A stretch of 64,000 nucleotides of DNA, from NCBI GenBank assembly GCA_963727445.1, contig CAVSGI010000008.1, positions 224,001 to 288,000 of the forward strand. The letters run 5' to 3'. Every line of letters starts with the position of its first letter. Position 1 is the first letter of the stretch. Of this stretch, positions 29,646 through 39,193 are shown one piece after another. The notes beneath the pieces were generated by a model. It saw nothing but the letters and a program-made list of their open reading frames with translations, did no database searches and was not told the origin of the DNA. Both the position numbers and the translations under genes were made by a program. Origin of the DNA: an uncultured delta proteobacterium (GTDB lineage Bacteria; Myxococcota_A; Polyangia; Polyangiales; B10-G4).

Positions 29646-30556
29646 ACGCCGCCGGGCTCGCGCGCGAAGAGGTCCGCGATCCGGATCGGCGCATCCCCGC
29701 GGCGCGCGCCGACGCGCTCTTCGCGGCGGCCTACGCGCGCGCGGACGATCCCCACCTCGCGCTCCACGCCGCCGAAGCGCTGCCCTTTGGCGCGTACAAG
29801 GTGGTGGACTTCCTCTGCGCGCACAGCGCGACGGTGGCGGAGGCCTACCGTCGCATCGCCGCGTATTTCGCGCTCGTCGACGTCCGCGCCCAGATCGAGG
29901 TGCGCGAGAGCCCGCCCTCTCTCGTGATGCGCAGCGCCTCGGGCCAGCCGGTGCCGCCGCCTGCGCAGGAGTACACCTTCGCAGCGCTGATCCGGCGCAT
30001 GGCGCTTTGCGTCGGCGACGACTTTCATCCGCAAGCCGTCGAGCTCTCCTTCGATGCACCCCCCGATGCGTCCGAGCACCAGCGGGTGTTCGGCGCTCCC
30101 GTTCGATTCGGTGCGCCAAAGCCGCGGGTCCTCTTCGACGAGGCGACGTTCCACGCGTCGATCCGCGACGCCAACCCGGCCCTCGCCTCCGTGCTCGAAG
30201 ACCACGCCCGGCGCCTGGTCGGCGAGCTTCCTGCCGGCGACGATCTGGCGGGTCAGGTCCGCGCGGCCATCGCCGAGCAGCCCGACTCGGGAGCCGCCAC
30301 GGTCAAGAGCGTCGCCAAGCGGCTCGCCATGAGCGAACGGACGCTCTCACGCCGGCTGAGAGAGCGCGACCTCACCTTCGGGCAGCTCAAGGCCGAGTCT
30401 CGTTTCGCCCTGGCCCGTACGCACCTCGGCGATCCGTCTCTCTCCCTCGCGGAGGTGGCGTGGCTCCTGGGCTTCGCCGACCAGAGCGCCTTCACCCGCG
30501 CGTTTCGCCGGTGGTCGGGCAAGCCGCCGGGCGAGTTCCGGCGCGAAGAGCGCTGA
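29561..30556 (+). CDS. AraC family transcriptional regulator (Arabinose_bd_2 type)
   Basis: LLNAAGL..E.V.DPD.RIP; VAKRLAMSERTLSRRL; LAEVAWLLGFADQSAFTRAFRRWSG. Confidence 0.93.
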   Translation: MADTVLSVASRAILDAYEQLGLDGDALLNAAGLAREEVRDPDRRIPAARADALFAAAYARADDPHLALHAAEALPFGAYKVVDFLCAHSATVAEAYRRIAAYFALVDVRAQIEVRESPPSLVMRSASGQPVPPPAQEYTFAALIRRMALCVGDDFHPQAVELSFDAPPDASEHQRVFGAPVRFGAPKPRVLFDEATFHASIRDANPALASVLEDHARRLVGELPAGDDLAGQVRAAIAEQPDSGAATVKSVAKRLAMSERTLSRRLRERDLTFGQLKAESRFALARTHLGDPSLSLAEVAWLLGFADQSAFTRAFRRWSGKPPGEFRREER

Positions 30557-30559
30557 GCC

Positions 30560-31390
30560 TCACGGGCTCGGGTGGCACTCGGGCATGGGCCCGTCGTCGC
30601 TCGGCGGCTGCTCTCGCGTGGCGGCGAGCCGCCCCTCGACGATGCGCGCGATGGTTCGGGCGTTGTCGCAGGAGTGCTGCGCGGCCTCCAAGGAGGTCTG
30701 ACAGAGGCCGCGCTCGGTCTCGTCCCGCATGGCGGCGCACCGAGCGGTCTCGCGGTCGATATCCGCGCACGCCGTCTCTTCGTTTTCGCGTGCCTCGGCG
30801 AGCTGTGTCTCGAGCCACCCTTCTGCCTGCGCCTTCGCCTCGGCGCGCGCCTCCTCGATGCGCGCGACGAGCTCGGCGCGCATCTGCTCGCATTCATCGG
30901 CGGTCCCGTAAGTCGTGACGTAGGTCGTGCTCACCGATTCGGCGGGCGTCCCTTCGGCGGCAGCCCGGGGCGCGGCGAAGAGAAGATCGAGGTCGCTCAG
31001 GATGTGCCGGTTGACCAGGAACGCCCCGCTGTCCGGCCGCTCCATCGAAGGCAGGAGCGCCGGCCGACAGGGGCGCGCGAGGTGCGCCTCCATGGCCGCG
31101 TCGGAGGGGAGCTGCATCTGCTGCTGCGTGAGGCGCTCACAGATCGCGCGCTCGCGCTCGGTGTCTCCGGGGACCTCGATGTCGATCCAGTTGTCGGGTG
31201 CGGACGCTCCGGGCGAGAGCACCCACACCCGCGCCCGAAAAGCGGGCGGGCCGGAGGCTGCCCGCTCCCCGGCGGACGCGGCGCCGGATTCGGCGTCGAG
31301 GTCCTCCGGCAGCGGGGCCGGGCGCAGCTCTCCGCCCGTTCCCCCGCAGCCCCCGAGGGTCACCAGCAGAGCCGCCGTCCAGCGCTTCAT
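30560..31390 (-). CDS. Hypothetical lipoprotein with Cys-containing coiled coil
   Basis: GGAG RBS; MKRWTAALLVTLGGC lipobox; helical C-terminus. Confidence 0.75.
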   Translation of the reverse strand: MKRWTAALLVTLGGCGGTGGELRPAPLPEDLDAESGAASAGERAASGPPAFRARVWVLSPGASAPDNWIDIEVPGDTERERAICERLTQQQMQLPSDAAMEAHLARPCRPALLPSMERPDSGAFLVNRHILSDLDLLFAAPRAAAEGTPAESVSTTYVTTYGTADECEQMRAELVARIEEARAEAKAQAEGWLETQLAEARENEETACADIDRETARCAAMRDETERGLCQTSLEAAQHSCDNARTIARIVEGRLAATREQPPSDDGPMPECHPSP

Positions 31391-31483
31391 CTCCTGCCGA
31401 GTCACGCGATCGTCCTTCCACAGGCTAAAGGAAACGAGCGTCACATGTGGAAAGTCCGCGAGGTCCGGGGCACACTGCCCCCC

Positions 31484-32896
31484 GTGACGCGCTGGACCCT
31501 TTCCTTGCTTCTGATCGCTCTGTCGGGCTGTAGCTTCATCGACGATTTCGGGCGCTACAGCGTCGGAGATGGTGGGGCGCCCGACACGAGCATGGCCGAC
31601 TCGACCGTCCCCGACTCGTCGATGCCGGACTCGACCATGCCCGACGGCTCGGTCGACTCCACCGTCATGGACACGGGCACCCCCGACACCGGTCCGCCCC
31701 TGCCCACTTGCGCCACGGCCTGGCTCGAGCCCGGCGTCTCAGAGACCACGACCACCACCGACAGCGGTGACGACTCCGAGGGCAGCTGCGGCGGCGCGGG
31801 GAGCAACGACGTGGTCTACGCCTTCGTCGCCCCCGAGGACGACTACTACCTCTTCGACACCAACGGCAGCGGCTTCGACACCGTCCTCTATCTGGACGAG
31901 ACGTGCGCGGGCGACGTGGAGCTCGCCTGTAACGACGATGGCGCCACCCCACCGCAGTCGGAGGTCGTTCGAAAGATGAACGCCGGCGACACGGTGATCG
32001 TGACCGCCGACGGAAACGCGGGCGACTCGGGAGACCTCACGCTCACCGCCGACGCCGTGAGCTGCCCCGACACCAACCTGGTGCCGGCGATCCTGCCGGT
32101 GGAGACCACCACCGTGGGTCGGCCCGACGACTACTCGTCCAGCTGCGGCGGCACCGGCGCGGGCGATCGCGCGTTCCGCTACACCGCCGGCACGGATGGA
32201 TTCCGCCGCTTCCGGATGATGGCGGAGACCACCGGCTTCCGGCCGCTGATCAGCATGGAGCGCGGACCGATCTGTGGCGGCGACAACGTCCAATGCGAGG
32301 CGTCGAATCAGGACGTCGCGGAGATCACCCGCTACCTCTACGCCGACGAGGTGGTCACCATCCACGTCGACGGTCGCGCGTCCGGCCACGAAGGCGACTA
32401 CAAGCTCGAGGTGGAGGAGCCGACCACGCTGTCCTGCACCACCACCGACCTCGGCGCAGGGCCCGTCTCCGGCACCCTCTCGGTGGGCGACACGCACACC
32501 CACAGCGGCAGCTGCGGCGAGGCGTATTACGTCCAGTCGAGGTCGCCGCGGGTCACCCACCCCAACCCCGACATCGCCGTCCGCGTCACTGGAGTCATGA
32601 TGCCGCCGCCTCCGCCCTGCTCCATCGCCTGCATGGTCGACGTGAGCGCGGGTTTCCCCTTCATCCTCTCGGTGCAGGAGACCACGACCTGCAATGGCGA
32701 CGAGATCGCGTGTCAGAGCTCCATGCCGAACGGCACGGGTTTCCGCGGATCGGTCGAGCTGGTCCATCTCGAGCCCGCTGGGGGCGAGGTGATCATCATC
32801 CTGGACCGGCAGATCCAGGACAACGACGTCTCCGGCATCGCGGTGCCCTACCCCGACAACTACTCCATCAGCTACGGCTGCGCCGCGATCTGCTGA
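31484..32896 (+). CDS. Lipoprotein with Asp/Ser linker and about three PPC/CUB-like Cys-bridged domains
   Basis: LSGC lipobox; PDS repeats; GSCGG...DVVYAF..P...FDTVLYL...C...LACNDD, repeated in degenerate form. Confidence 0.82.
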   Translation: MTRWTLSLLLIALSGCSFIDDFGRYSVGDGGAPDTSMADSTVPDSSMPDSTMPDGSVDSTVMDTGTPDTGPPLPTCATAWLEPGVSETTTTTDSGDDSEGSCGGAGSNDVVYAFVAPEDDYYLFDTNGSGFDTVLYLDETCAGDVELACNDDGATPPQSEVVRKMNAGDTVIVTADGNAGDSGDLTLTADAVSCPDTNLVPAILPVETTTVGRPDDYSSSCGGTGAGDRAFRYTAGTDGFRRFRMMAETTGFRPLISMERGPICGGDNVQCEASNQDVAEITRYLYADEVVTIHVDGRASGHEGDYKLEVEEPTTLSCTTTDLGAGPVSGTLSVGDTHTHSGSCGEAYYVQSRSPRVTHPNPDIAVRVTGVMMPPPPPCSIACMVDVSAGFPFILSVQETTTCNGDEIACQSSMPNGTGFRGSVELVHLEPAGGEVIIILDRQIQDNDVSGIAVPYPDNYSISYGCAAIC

Positions 32897-32905
32897 GCGC
32901 GTCGC

Positions 32906-33694
32906 TCAGAATCGGCCGTCGAGGCGCACGGCGCCGGGCCCGACGCTGAGGGCGACCTCTGGCTGCTCCTCGTCGGAGCCGCCGTCGAGGAGGATGAGGG
33001 TCACACCCGCGGCCGCCGCCACGGCCCCGACGAAGAGGAGCACGGTGCTCGCGGTCCCGAGCGCGTTCCCGCGATCGATGTCGCCGGCGCGGTCCGGCGG
33101 GCAGACGTCGCCGGGGCAGGCGCCCTCGAGATCGCTGTAGACCCCGTGGGCAGCGACGCCGGTGATCAGAGAGGTCACCAGGAGCGCGCCGCCGAGCGCC
33201 GCCGACCCGATCCCCACCCAGAAGAGGGTGCCCGGTCCCGAGGCTTCCACGGGCTCGGACGGCATCACCGACTCGTTGACCAACTCTTCGGTCTCGGTCT
33301 CTTCGGCGTCTTCGTCCTGTGCCTGTCGCGCCGCGGCCTCGGCTTCGGCATGAGCTTGCTGCGCGCGAAGTCGTTCCAGCTTCGGCGCGATGGTCGGGTA
33401 GAGATCGTCGCCGGGATCGAGCTCGGAGGACGCCTGCTCGAGGGTGCGGATGGCGCCCGGCAGGTCGCCCGCGGCTTCGAGCGCGCGCGCCTGATTCACC
33501 AGAAGCGCAGGGCGACCGCTCAGGCGGTAGGCCTCGCCGAACGCTTCGGCCGCCTGCTGGTATTCGGCGCGTGAGAAATACGTGCGCCCGGTCTCGAAGA
33601 AGTGACGCGCGAGCTCGTCGTCGGACTGCTGCGCCGAGGCGACGGTCGGGATCAGGGCCATCGAGAGAAGGAAGAGCGCGACGAGGCGAGCCAT
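32906..33694 (-). CDS. Secreted TPR protein of the myxobacterial PEGA/TPR type
   Basis: Signal peptide; ARHFFETG..YF...EY..A..AF.EAYRLS.RP.LL.N; C-terminal hydrophobic hairpin with CxxxxC and terminal ..GRF. Confidence 0.85.
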   Translation of the reverse strand: MARLVALFLLSMALIPTVASAQQSDDELARHFFETGRTYFSRAEYQQAAEAFGEAYRLSGRPALLVNQARALEAAGDLPGAIRTLEQASSELDPGDDLYPTIAPKLERLRAQQAHAEAEAAARQAQDEDAEETETEELVNESVMPSEPVEASGPGTLFWVGIGSAALGGALLVTSLITGVAAHGVYSDLEGACPGDVCPPDRAGDIDRGNALGTASTVLLFVGAVAAAAGVTLILLDGGSDEEQPEVALSVGPGAVRLDGRF

Positions 33695-33749
33695 GGCGCG
33701 GACGATAGCCGGGCCCCAGCCCGCCGTCGAGCACCTCGTGAGGCGAGGC

Positions 33750-35207
33750 TCAGCGACAACCGCCGAGCCCGCAGGTCCCCGAGCAGCACTGATCGTCGCG
33801 CGCGCAGCCGCCGCCGCGTTCCACGCAGCAGCGACCGGCCTGGCACTGGTGACCGTTGCAGCACTGCTCGTCGTGGGCGCACCCGTCGCCGATGATCACG
33901 CAGCAGACACGGGGGGTGCCGGTGCAGGCGCGGCCGTCGTAGCACTGAGAACGGTCGGTGCAGGGCGTGCCGATCTGGATTCGACAGGTGGAGTCGCTCG
34001 GCGCGCACGCGTGTCCGCTACAGCAGTCGCCGCCGCCCACGACGCAGGAATCGAAGAGCCCGCCGCAGGTGGGCGCGGCGGGGTCGCCGGAGTCCGACGT
34101 GCCCGGGTCGGAGGTGCCCGGGTCGGAGGTGCCTGGGTCGGAGGTGCCCGGGTCGGAGGTGCCCGGGTCGGACGTGCCCGGGTCGTCCGAGGGCGCCGGT
34201 GCGGTACTTCCACGGGTGATGTCCCCGCCCTCGAGAACGCGGTGGTAGACGTCCTGCGCTTCCCAGCGCCCGTCGTTGGACGCGTGCGTCTGGTTGAAGC
34301 TCCACCCGTAGCTCGCGTAGCCGAGGAAGGGCAGCGAGACCGCCGCGCGCGTCCGAACGCGAATGGCGCGCAGCCAGTTGGAGAGCCGCAGCCCCTCACG
34401 CCCGCGGCCGAAGTCGGCGGGCGTCTGCGCGAAGTGCTCCGTCAGGACGAGGCGCTGCGGACGCACCCCCTGACGGCCGTACCAGGTGATGCTCGACTGA
34501 TAGACGCTCCGGCAGTAGCTCTCGGAGTAGCCGTTTGCAGCGATCTCGCCGCCGCCGATGTAGTGCTCGACGCCGATCACTGCGTGTCGCGCGATGGCTT
34601 CCCAATCCGCCGGGTGGTGAACGCCGCGGAGCCCGGGTCGGTTGAACGGGGAGAACACCAGCACCTTGCGGGCGTAGCGCTCGGACAGATGTCGGGCGAG
34701 CTCCGCGACGTAGCGCCGATAGCGCGCACCTTCCGCGGTCTGCGCGAGCCACTGGCTCCGCGAGATCTCGTTGAGCAGAAACCACCGGGGCATGACCGCG
34801 AAGCGGGAATGCGCCAGGGCCACGAGGGCGTCGGCCTTCGCCGCGGCGCCGCCTCGCCAATCGTCGTTCATCGCGTTGACGTAGAACGCCCCGCGATTGC
34901 CCATGGCGTGCATCTGGTCGGCGCGTGCGTCCGAGGAGACCACCAGATGGTGCCCGCGGCGGCGCCCATCGCTCCCCACGAACCCGTAGTTCTGGTGGTC
35001 GAAGTCCGCCTGGCAGAAGCACTGATCGGCCGCGGGATCGCAGCGATCCGCACCCGCACACCCGCCGGTCGACGCCATGTCGAAATAGGGCCGAAAGACG
35101 CTCTCGGTGCTGGAGCTCAGGACGTCGAGCTCGTCGTCGGAGGCGGGCGCAGCGATACACGCGCTGGCGACCAAGAGCAGGACCAGGAGGTGAGCATGTC
35201 GGATCAC
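33750..35207 (-). CDS. Lipoprotein: putative TIM-barrel catalytic domain + (DPGTS)6 linker + Cys-rich (Dickkopf-like) tail
   Basis: LLVASAC lipobox; LLNE and LTEH acidic motifs; DPGTS repeats; CC-rich C-terminus; start uncertain (35207 or 35225). Confidence 0.75.
   Translation of the reverse strand: MIRHAHLLVLLLVASACIAAPASDDELDVLSSSTESVFRPYFDMASTGGCAGADRCDPAADQCFCQADFDHQNYGFVGSDGRRRGHHLVVSSDARADQMHAMGNRGAFYVNAMNDDWRGGAAAKADALVALAHSRFAVMPRWFLLNEISRSQWLAQTAEGARYRRYVAELARHLSERYARKVLVFSPFNRPGLRGVHHPADWEAIARHAVIGVEHYIGGGEIAANGYSESYCRSVYQSSITWYGRQGVRPQRLVLTEHFAQTPADFGRGREGLRLSNWLRAIRVRTRAAVSLPFLGYASYGWSFNQTHASNDGRWEAQDVYHRVLEGGDITRGSTAPAPSDDPGTSDPGTSDPGTSDPGTSDPGTSDPGTSDSGDPAAPTCGGLFDSCVVGGGDCCSGHACAPSDSTCRIQIGTPCTDRSQCYDGRACTGTPRVCCVIIGDGCAHDEQCCNGHQCQAGRCCVERGGGCARDDQCCSGTCGLGGCR
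34096..34185. repeat. 15-bp tandem repeat x6 encoding (DPGTS)6
   Basis: GA(C/G)GTGCC(C/T)GGGTCG repeated six times. Confidence 0.95.
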
Positions 35208-35364
35208 GACGTGGGTACAGAGCAAGGGGCGCGCCGACGCCGCACCGGCGAAATTGCCACTCGGATGCGGAGGCGAGGCGGCGCTAGGAGCGCGGGAGTG
35301 TGGGGCTCGCGCACCCCAGCTCGAACAGAAACTGACCGATGGGGCGCGGGACGCCCCGTGACGA

Positions 35365-36252
35365 TCAACCGCTCAGCTCTTCCATCAACATCTCGACCAC
35401 GCGCTCCCCCGCACGGCCGAGCGTCGGGTCCACGCGACTGACGAGGTGCGGCGAGAAGACGAAATGGTCCCCTTCTTCGAAACCGAGTGGCGCGAGCCGT
35501 CCCGACGCGAGGTCTTCGCTCACCAAATGGCGAGGCATCCACCCGAAACCGACGCCCTCGAGCAGCGCGAGCCGCTTGCTGTGGAAGTCGCTGAGTCGAA
35601 AGACGTGTGAACTGCCGAGGGAGAGCCGTCCCCGGCCTCGCACCCCCCCAGGCCGCGAGTCTTCCACCGAGAGCTCCGTGTGGCGACTGAGCGCCGCGCG
35701 ATTGAGCGGCTCGGACTGTCTGACCGGATGGTCGGGACGGGCCACCAGGATCATCTCGACCGGCGGCATGGGACGGGCGCGCAATGACCGCCCCCCTTTG
35801 AAATCGAGGACGAGCATGAGGTCCGCCTCCTCGGTGGTGAAGCGATGCTCGACCCCGCCCAGATGCTCGACTCGAAGCGACAGCCGCGTGGGCGCCCCTT
35901 CCGCCTCGAAACGGGACAGGGCCCTCAGGATGGGCGGCAGAGGAAAGAGGCCGTCGACCACCAACGCGAGCGCTGGCTCCCACGCCAGGCGGAGGTCGTG
36001 GGCCACGCGCTCGAGGCGCCGCGCCCGGGACAACAGATCGCGGCCCTCCTCGAGCACCAATCGACCGGCCACGGTGAGGATCGCCCGATGCCGGCTGCGG
36101 TCGAAGAGCGTGATCCCCAGGGCCTCCTCGAGATTGCGGATCGCGTAGCTGACAGCGGAGGTCGCCCGATGAAGCTCTTTCGCCGCCCCCGCGAAGCTTC
36201 CCGAGCGATCGATGGCGTCGAGAACCGCCAATTGATCGAGGGAGAGGGCCAC
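35365..36252 (-). CDS. LysR family transcriptional regulator, divergent from hmgA
   Basis: LDQLAVLDAIDRSGSFAGAAKELHRATSAVSYAIRNLEEALGITLFDRS. Confidence 0.95.
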   Translation of the reverse strand: MALSLDQLAVLDAIDRSGSFAGAAKELHRATSAVSYAIRNLEEALGITLFDRSRHRAILTVAGRLVLEEGRDLLSRARRLERVAHDLRLAWEPALALVVDGLFPLPPILRALSRFEAEGAPTRLSLRVEHLGGVEHRFTTEEADLMLVLDFKGGRSLRARPMPPVEMILVARPDHPVRQSEPLNRAALSRHTELSVEDSRPGGVRGRGRLSLGSSHVFRLSDFHSKRLALLEGVGFGWMPRHLVSEDLASGRLAPLGFEEGDHFVFSPHLVSRVDPTLGRAGERVVEMLMEELSG

Positions 36253-36259
36253 GCGAGCA

Positions 36260-36276
36260 GTTCAGTTTTTCTGAAC
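36260..36276. promoter_or_regulatory. LysR-type T-N11-A box
   Basis: Perfect inverted repeat GTTCAG-TTTTT-CTGAAC in the lysR/hmgA divergent spacer. Confidence 0.7.
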
Positions 36277-36332
36277 GAGTTTGTCAACATTCACTTCTTT
36301 ATTCGAACGAGACCGGGAGCTATCTACAGGCC

Positions 36333-37448
36333 ATGCACTACCTACGCGGCAAGGTCACCCGGCAGGCGCACGTCGACATCCCCGAGGGCACGGTCGAGGA
36401 GGAGTTCGGCCGGAAGGGGTTCTTCGGCAGGGCGAGCCACCTCTATAGGAAACACGCCCCGGTGGGCTGGAGCCGGATTGAGGGTCCGATGCGCCCCCGC
36501 GCGCTCGCCCTCTACGAGCTCCGCGGTGAGGGGGAGGCGGCGGATTACCTCGCCATGCGGCCGGCCTTCGTCGAAAACGAGGACGTCACGCTGCGCTTCG
36601 CGCGGGTCACCCAGACCATGCCCTACCTCTTCCGCAACGCGGACGCGGACGAGGTGCTCTTCGTCCACCAGGGGACGGGGCGGCTGGAGACCGACTTCGG
36701 CCCGCTGACATACGAGCCCGGCGACTACCTGGTGATCCCGAGGGGCACGGTGCACCGGCTCATCCCGAGCGACGTCACGTCCCTCTTGGTGATCGAGTCG
36801 CGTCACGAGATCGAGCTGCCGGACAAGGGCATCCTCGGGCGTCACGCGCTCTTCGATCCCGCGATGGTCGACGTGCCCACCCCCGAGCCGCCCGTCGATG
36901 ACGGACGCGAGGAGTGGGAGCTCCGCGTGCAGCGGGGCGGCGTCCTGACCTCGATCTTCTATCCCTTCCATCCCATCGACACCGTCGGCTGGAAGGGCGA
37001 CCTCTGCGCGTGGCGGATCAACGTCCGCGACATCCGGCCGGTGATGAGCGAGCGCTATCACCTGCCGCCGTCGGCGCACGCCACCTTCGTGACCGACGCC
37101 TTCGTGGTCTGCACCTTCCTGCCCCGCGGCCTCGAGACCGGGGACGAAGGTGCGCTGAAGGTGCCCTTCTATCACGCCAACATCGACTACGACGAAGTGC
37201 TCTTCTACCACCGCGGCGACTTCTTCAGCCGCGAAGGCATCCGCCCGGGGATGGCGACCTTCCACCCGCAGGGCATTCATCACGGGCCACAGCCCGGCGC
37301 CGTGGCGGCCGCCAAAGACCGCACGCGCACCGAGGAGGTCGCGGTGATGGTCGACACGCTCCGGCCCCTCGAGGTGAGCGCACCCGCCCTGGAGGTGGAC
37401 ATCGCCGACTACTGGAAGAGCTGGCAGACAGACGCAGGGAGGAAGTGA
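36333..37448 (+). CDS. hmgA: Homogentisate 1,2-dioxygenase
   Basis: EEEFGRKGFFG, FRNADADE.LFVH.G, YHLPPSAH.TF, PFYH.NIDYDEVLFYH, HPQGIHHGP. Confidence 0.95.
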   Translation: MHYLRGKVTRQAHVDIPEGTVEEEFGRKGFFGRASHLYRKHAPVGWSRIEGPMRPRALALYELRGEGEAADYLAMRPAFVENEDVTLRFARVTQTMPYLFRNADADEVLFVHQGTGRLETDFGPLTYEPGDYLVIPRGTVHRLIPSDVTSLLVIESRHEIELPDKGILGRHALFDPAMVDVPTPEPPVDDGREEWELRVQRGGVLTSIFYPFHPIDTVGWKGDLCAWRINVRDIRPVMSERYHLPPSAHATFVTDAFVVCTFLPRGLETGDEGALKVPFYHANIDYDEVLFYHRGDFFSREGIRPGMATFHPQGIHHGPQPGAVAAAKDRTRTEEVAVMVDTLRPLEVSAPALEVDIADYWKSWQTDAGRK

Positions 37449-38476
37449 TGGACAACCCCATCGGTATCGACGGAATCGCGTTCGTGGAATTCGCCGCCCC
37501 GACCTCGGTCGGCGCCGACGAGATCGGACAGCTCTTCTTCTCCCTGGGCTTTTCCAGAACGATGCGGCACGAAAAGCTCGACGCCGACGTCTACGAGCAG
37601 GGGGACATCGTCTTCATCGTCAACGACGAGCAGGACAGCTTCTCGTCGCGCTTCGCCGAAGAGCACGGGCCATGCATCCCCTCGATGGGGTGGTGGGTCG
37701 AGGACCAACGCACGGCGATCGCCGCGGCCGTTCGGCGGGGCGCCGAGGAGTATCGCGGCGACAAGCTCTTCGACGCGCCGGCCATCTACGGCATCGGCGG
37801 CTCCCTGATCTATTTCGTCCGCAAGGGAGAGCGCCCCACCTGGCGGCGTCAGCTCCTCGAGCTCGAGCGGCCGGATCGCGTCCCGAGCCGCGGCTTCTAC
37901 GCCATCGACCACCTCACCAACAACGTGACCAAGGGCACGATGAAGAAGTGGGCGGCCTTCTACGAGAAGGTGTTCGGCTTCACCGAGGTCCGCTACTTCG
38001 ACATCCGCGGCGAAAAGACGGGTCTGACCAGCTTCGCGCTCCGCTCACCCTGTGGGCGCTTCTGCATCCCGATCAACGAAGGCTCGGAGGACAAGTCGCA
38101 GATCGAGGAGTACCTGCGCGAATACCGCGGCCCCGGCGTCCAGCACCTGGCGCTGATCAGCGAGGACCTGCTCGCGAGCCTCGAAGGGCTCCCGGACTCG
38201 GGCGTCGTGACCCTCGACATCGACGACGAGTACTACGACACGGTCTTCGATCGGGTTCCGGGGGTCATCGAGGACCGAGACGACATCGCGAAGAAGCAGG
38301 TGCTGGTGGACGGCGACGCGTCCGGCTACCTGCTGCAGATCTTCACGACGAACGTCATCGGCCCCATCTTCTTCGAGATGATCCAGCGCCGAAACCACCT
38401 CAGCTTCGGTGAAGGCAACTTCAGCGCTCTGTTCCGAAGCATCGAGCGGGACCAGGCGCGCCGCGGCGTGCTGTAG
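37448..38476 (+). CDS. hppD: 4-hydroxyphenylpyruvate dioxygenase
   Basis: NPIGIDGIAFVEF, IDHLTNNV, SQIEEYL..Y.GPGVQHLAL, YLLQIFT, PIFFEMIQR...FGEGNF.ALF. Confidence 0.96.
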   Translation: MDNPIGIDGIAFVEFAAPTSVGADEIGQLFFSLGFSRTMRHEKLDADVYEQGDIVFIVNDEQDSFSSRFAEEHGPCIPSMGWWVEDQRTAIAAAVRRGAEEYRGDKLFDAPAIYGIGGSLIYFVRKGERPTWRRQLLELERPDRVPSRGFYAIDHLTNNVTKGTMKKWAAFYEKVFGFTEVRYFDIRGEKTGLTSFALRSPCGRFCIPINEGSEDKSQIEEYLREYRGPGVQHLALISEDLLASLEGLPDSGVVTLDIDDEYYDTVFDRVPGVIEDRDDIAKKQVLVDGDASGYLLQIFTTNVIGPIFFEMIQRRNHLSFGEGNFSALFRSIERDQARRGVL

Positions 38477-38478
38477 TC

Positions 38479-39193
38479 CTAGGCGAAGAACTCGGCGGCG
38501 AACTCGGTGGCGGGGCGCGCGGCGATCTCCGTTCGGACTCCCCGTCTGGACGACCTCGCCGGCCTCGACGACGTACACCCGCGCCGCCATGGCGCGGACG
38601 TCGCGCGCGTCGTGGGTGACCACGAGGGCGGGGGCGTCGCCGCCGCCGAGCTGCTCCGAGAGGAACGCGCGCATGCGGCGGCGCGCGGAGGCGTCGAGGG
38701 CCGCCATGGGCTCGTCGAGGAGCAGGAGCCTCGGCTCCACCAACAGCGCGCGCGCCAGGGCGACCTTCTGCCGCTCGCCACCGGAGAGGGTGGCGGGTCG
38801 CCTGTCCGCGAGCTTTTCGCATCCCATCCGCGCGAGCATCTCCATCGCTCGCTCGCGACGCGACGCGCGCGCCATCCCGCGCGAAGCCAGGGCGAAGGCG
38901 ACGTCGTCGACGACCCGGAGATGTTCGAAGAGACCGTAGCCCTGGGGCACGTACCCGACCCGCCGATCCTCCGGAGACATCCACACGCCGCGCTCGGTGT
39001 CGGCGAGGGTGAGGTCGTCGACCGTCACCTTTCCCGCCGCGCCCGCGATGGGGCGCCCGGCGACCCAGCGAAGGAGGCTGGTCTTGCCGGCGCCGTTGGG
39101 ACCGATGAGCGCGACCGGGGCGCCCTCGCCTTCGAGACGGACGTCGATGTCCACCTCGCCGACCCGCGCCCTGAGCGTGACCTCCCAGCTCAC
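38479..39193 (-). CDS. modC: Molybdate ABC transporter ATPase (frameshift near 38532)
   Basis: [34 protein letters not shown]; last ~15 residues ([17 protein letters not shown]) lie in the next frame. Confidence 0.88.

Noticed and set aside
27194..30556. 1120-aa ORF that looks like an Lnt-AraC fusion
   Set aside because: Artefact of the extra base at ~29175 plus an antisense shadow at the N-terminus; the Lnt-like C-terminus is in another frame and araC has its own -10 box and GTG start.
34096..34185. Short tandem array considered as CRISPR
   Set aside because: Contiguous 15-bp units without spacers, in frame within a CDS; no cas genes.
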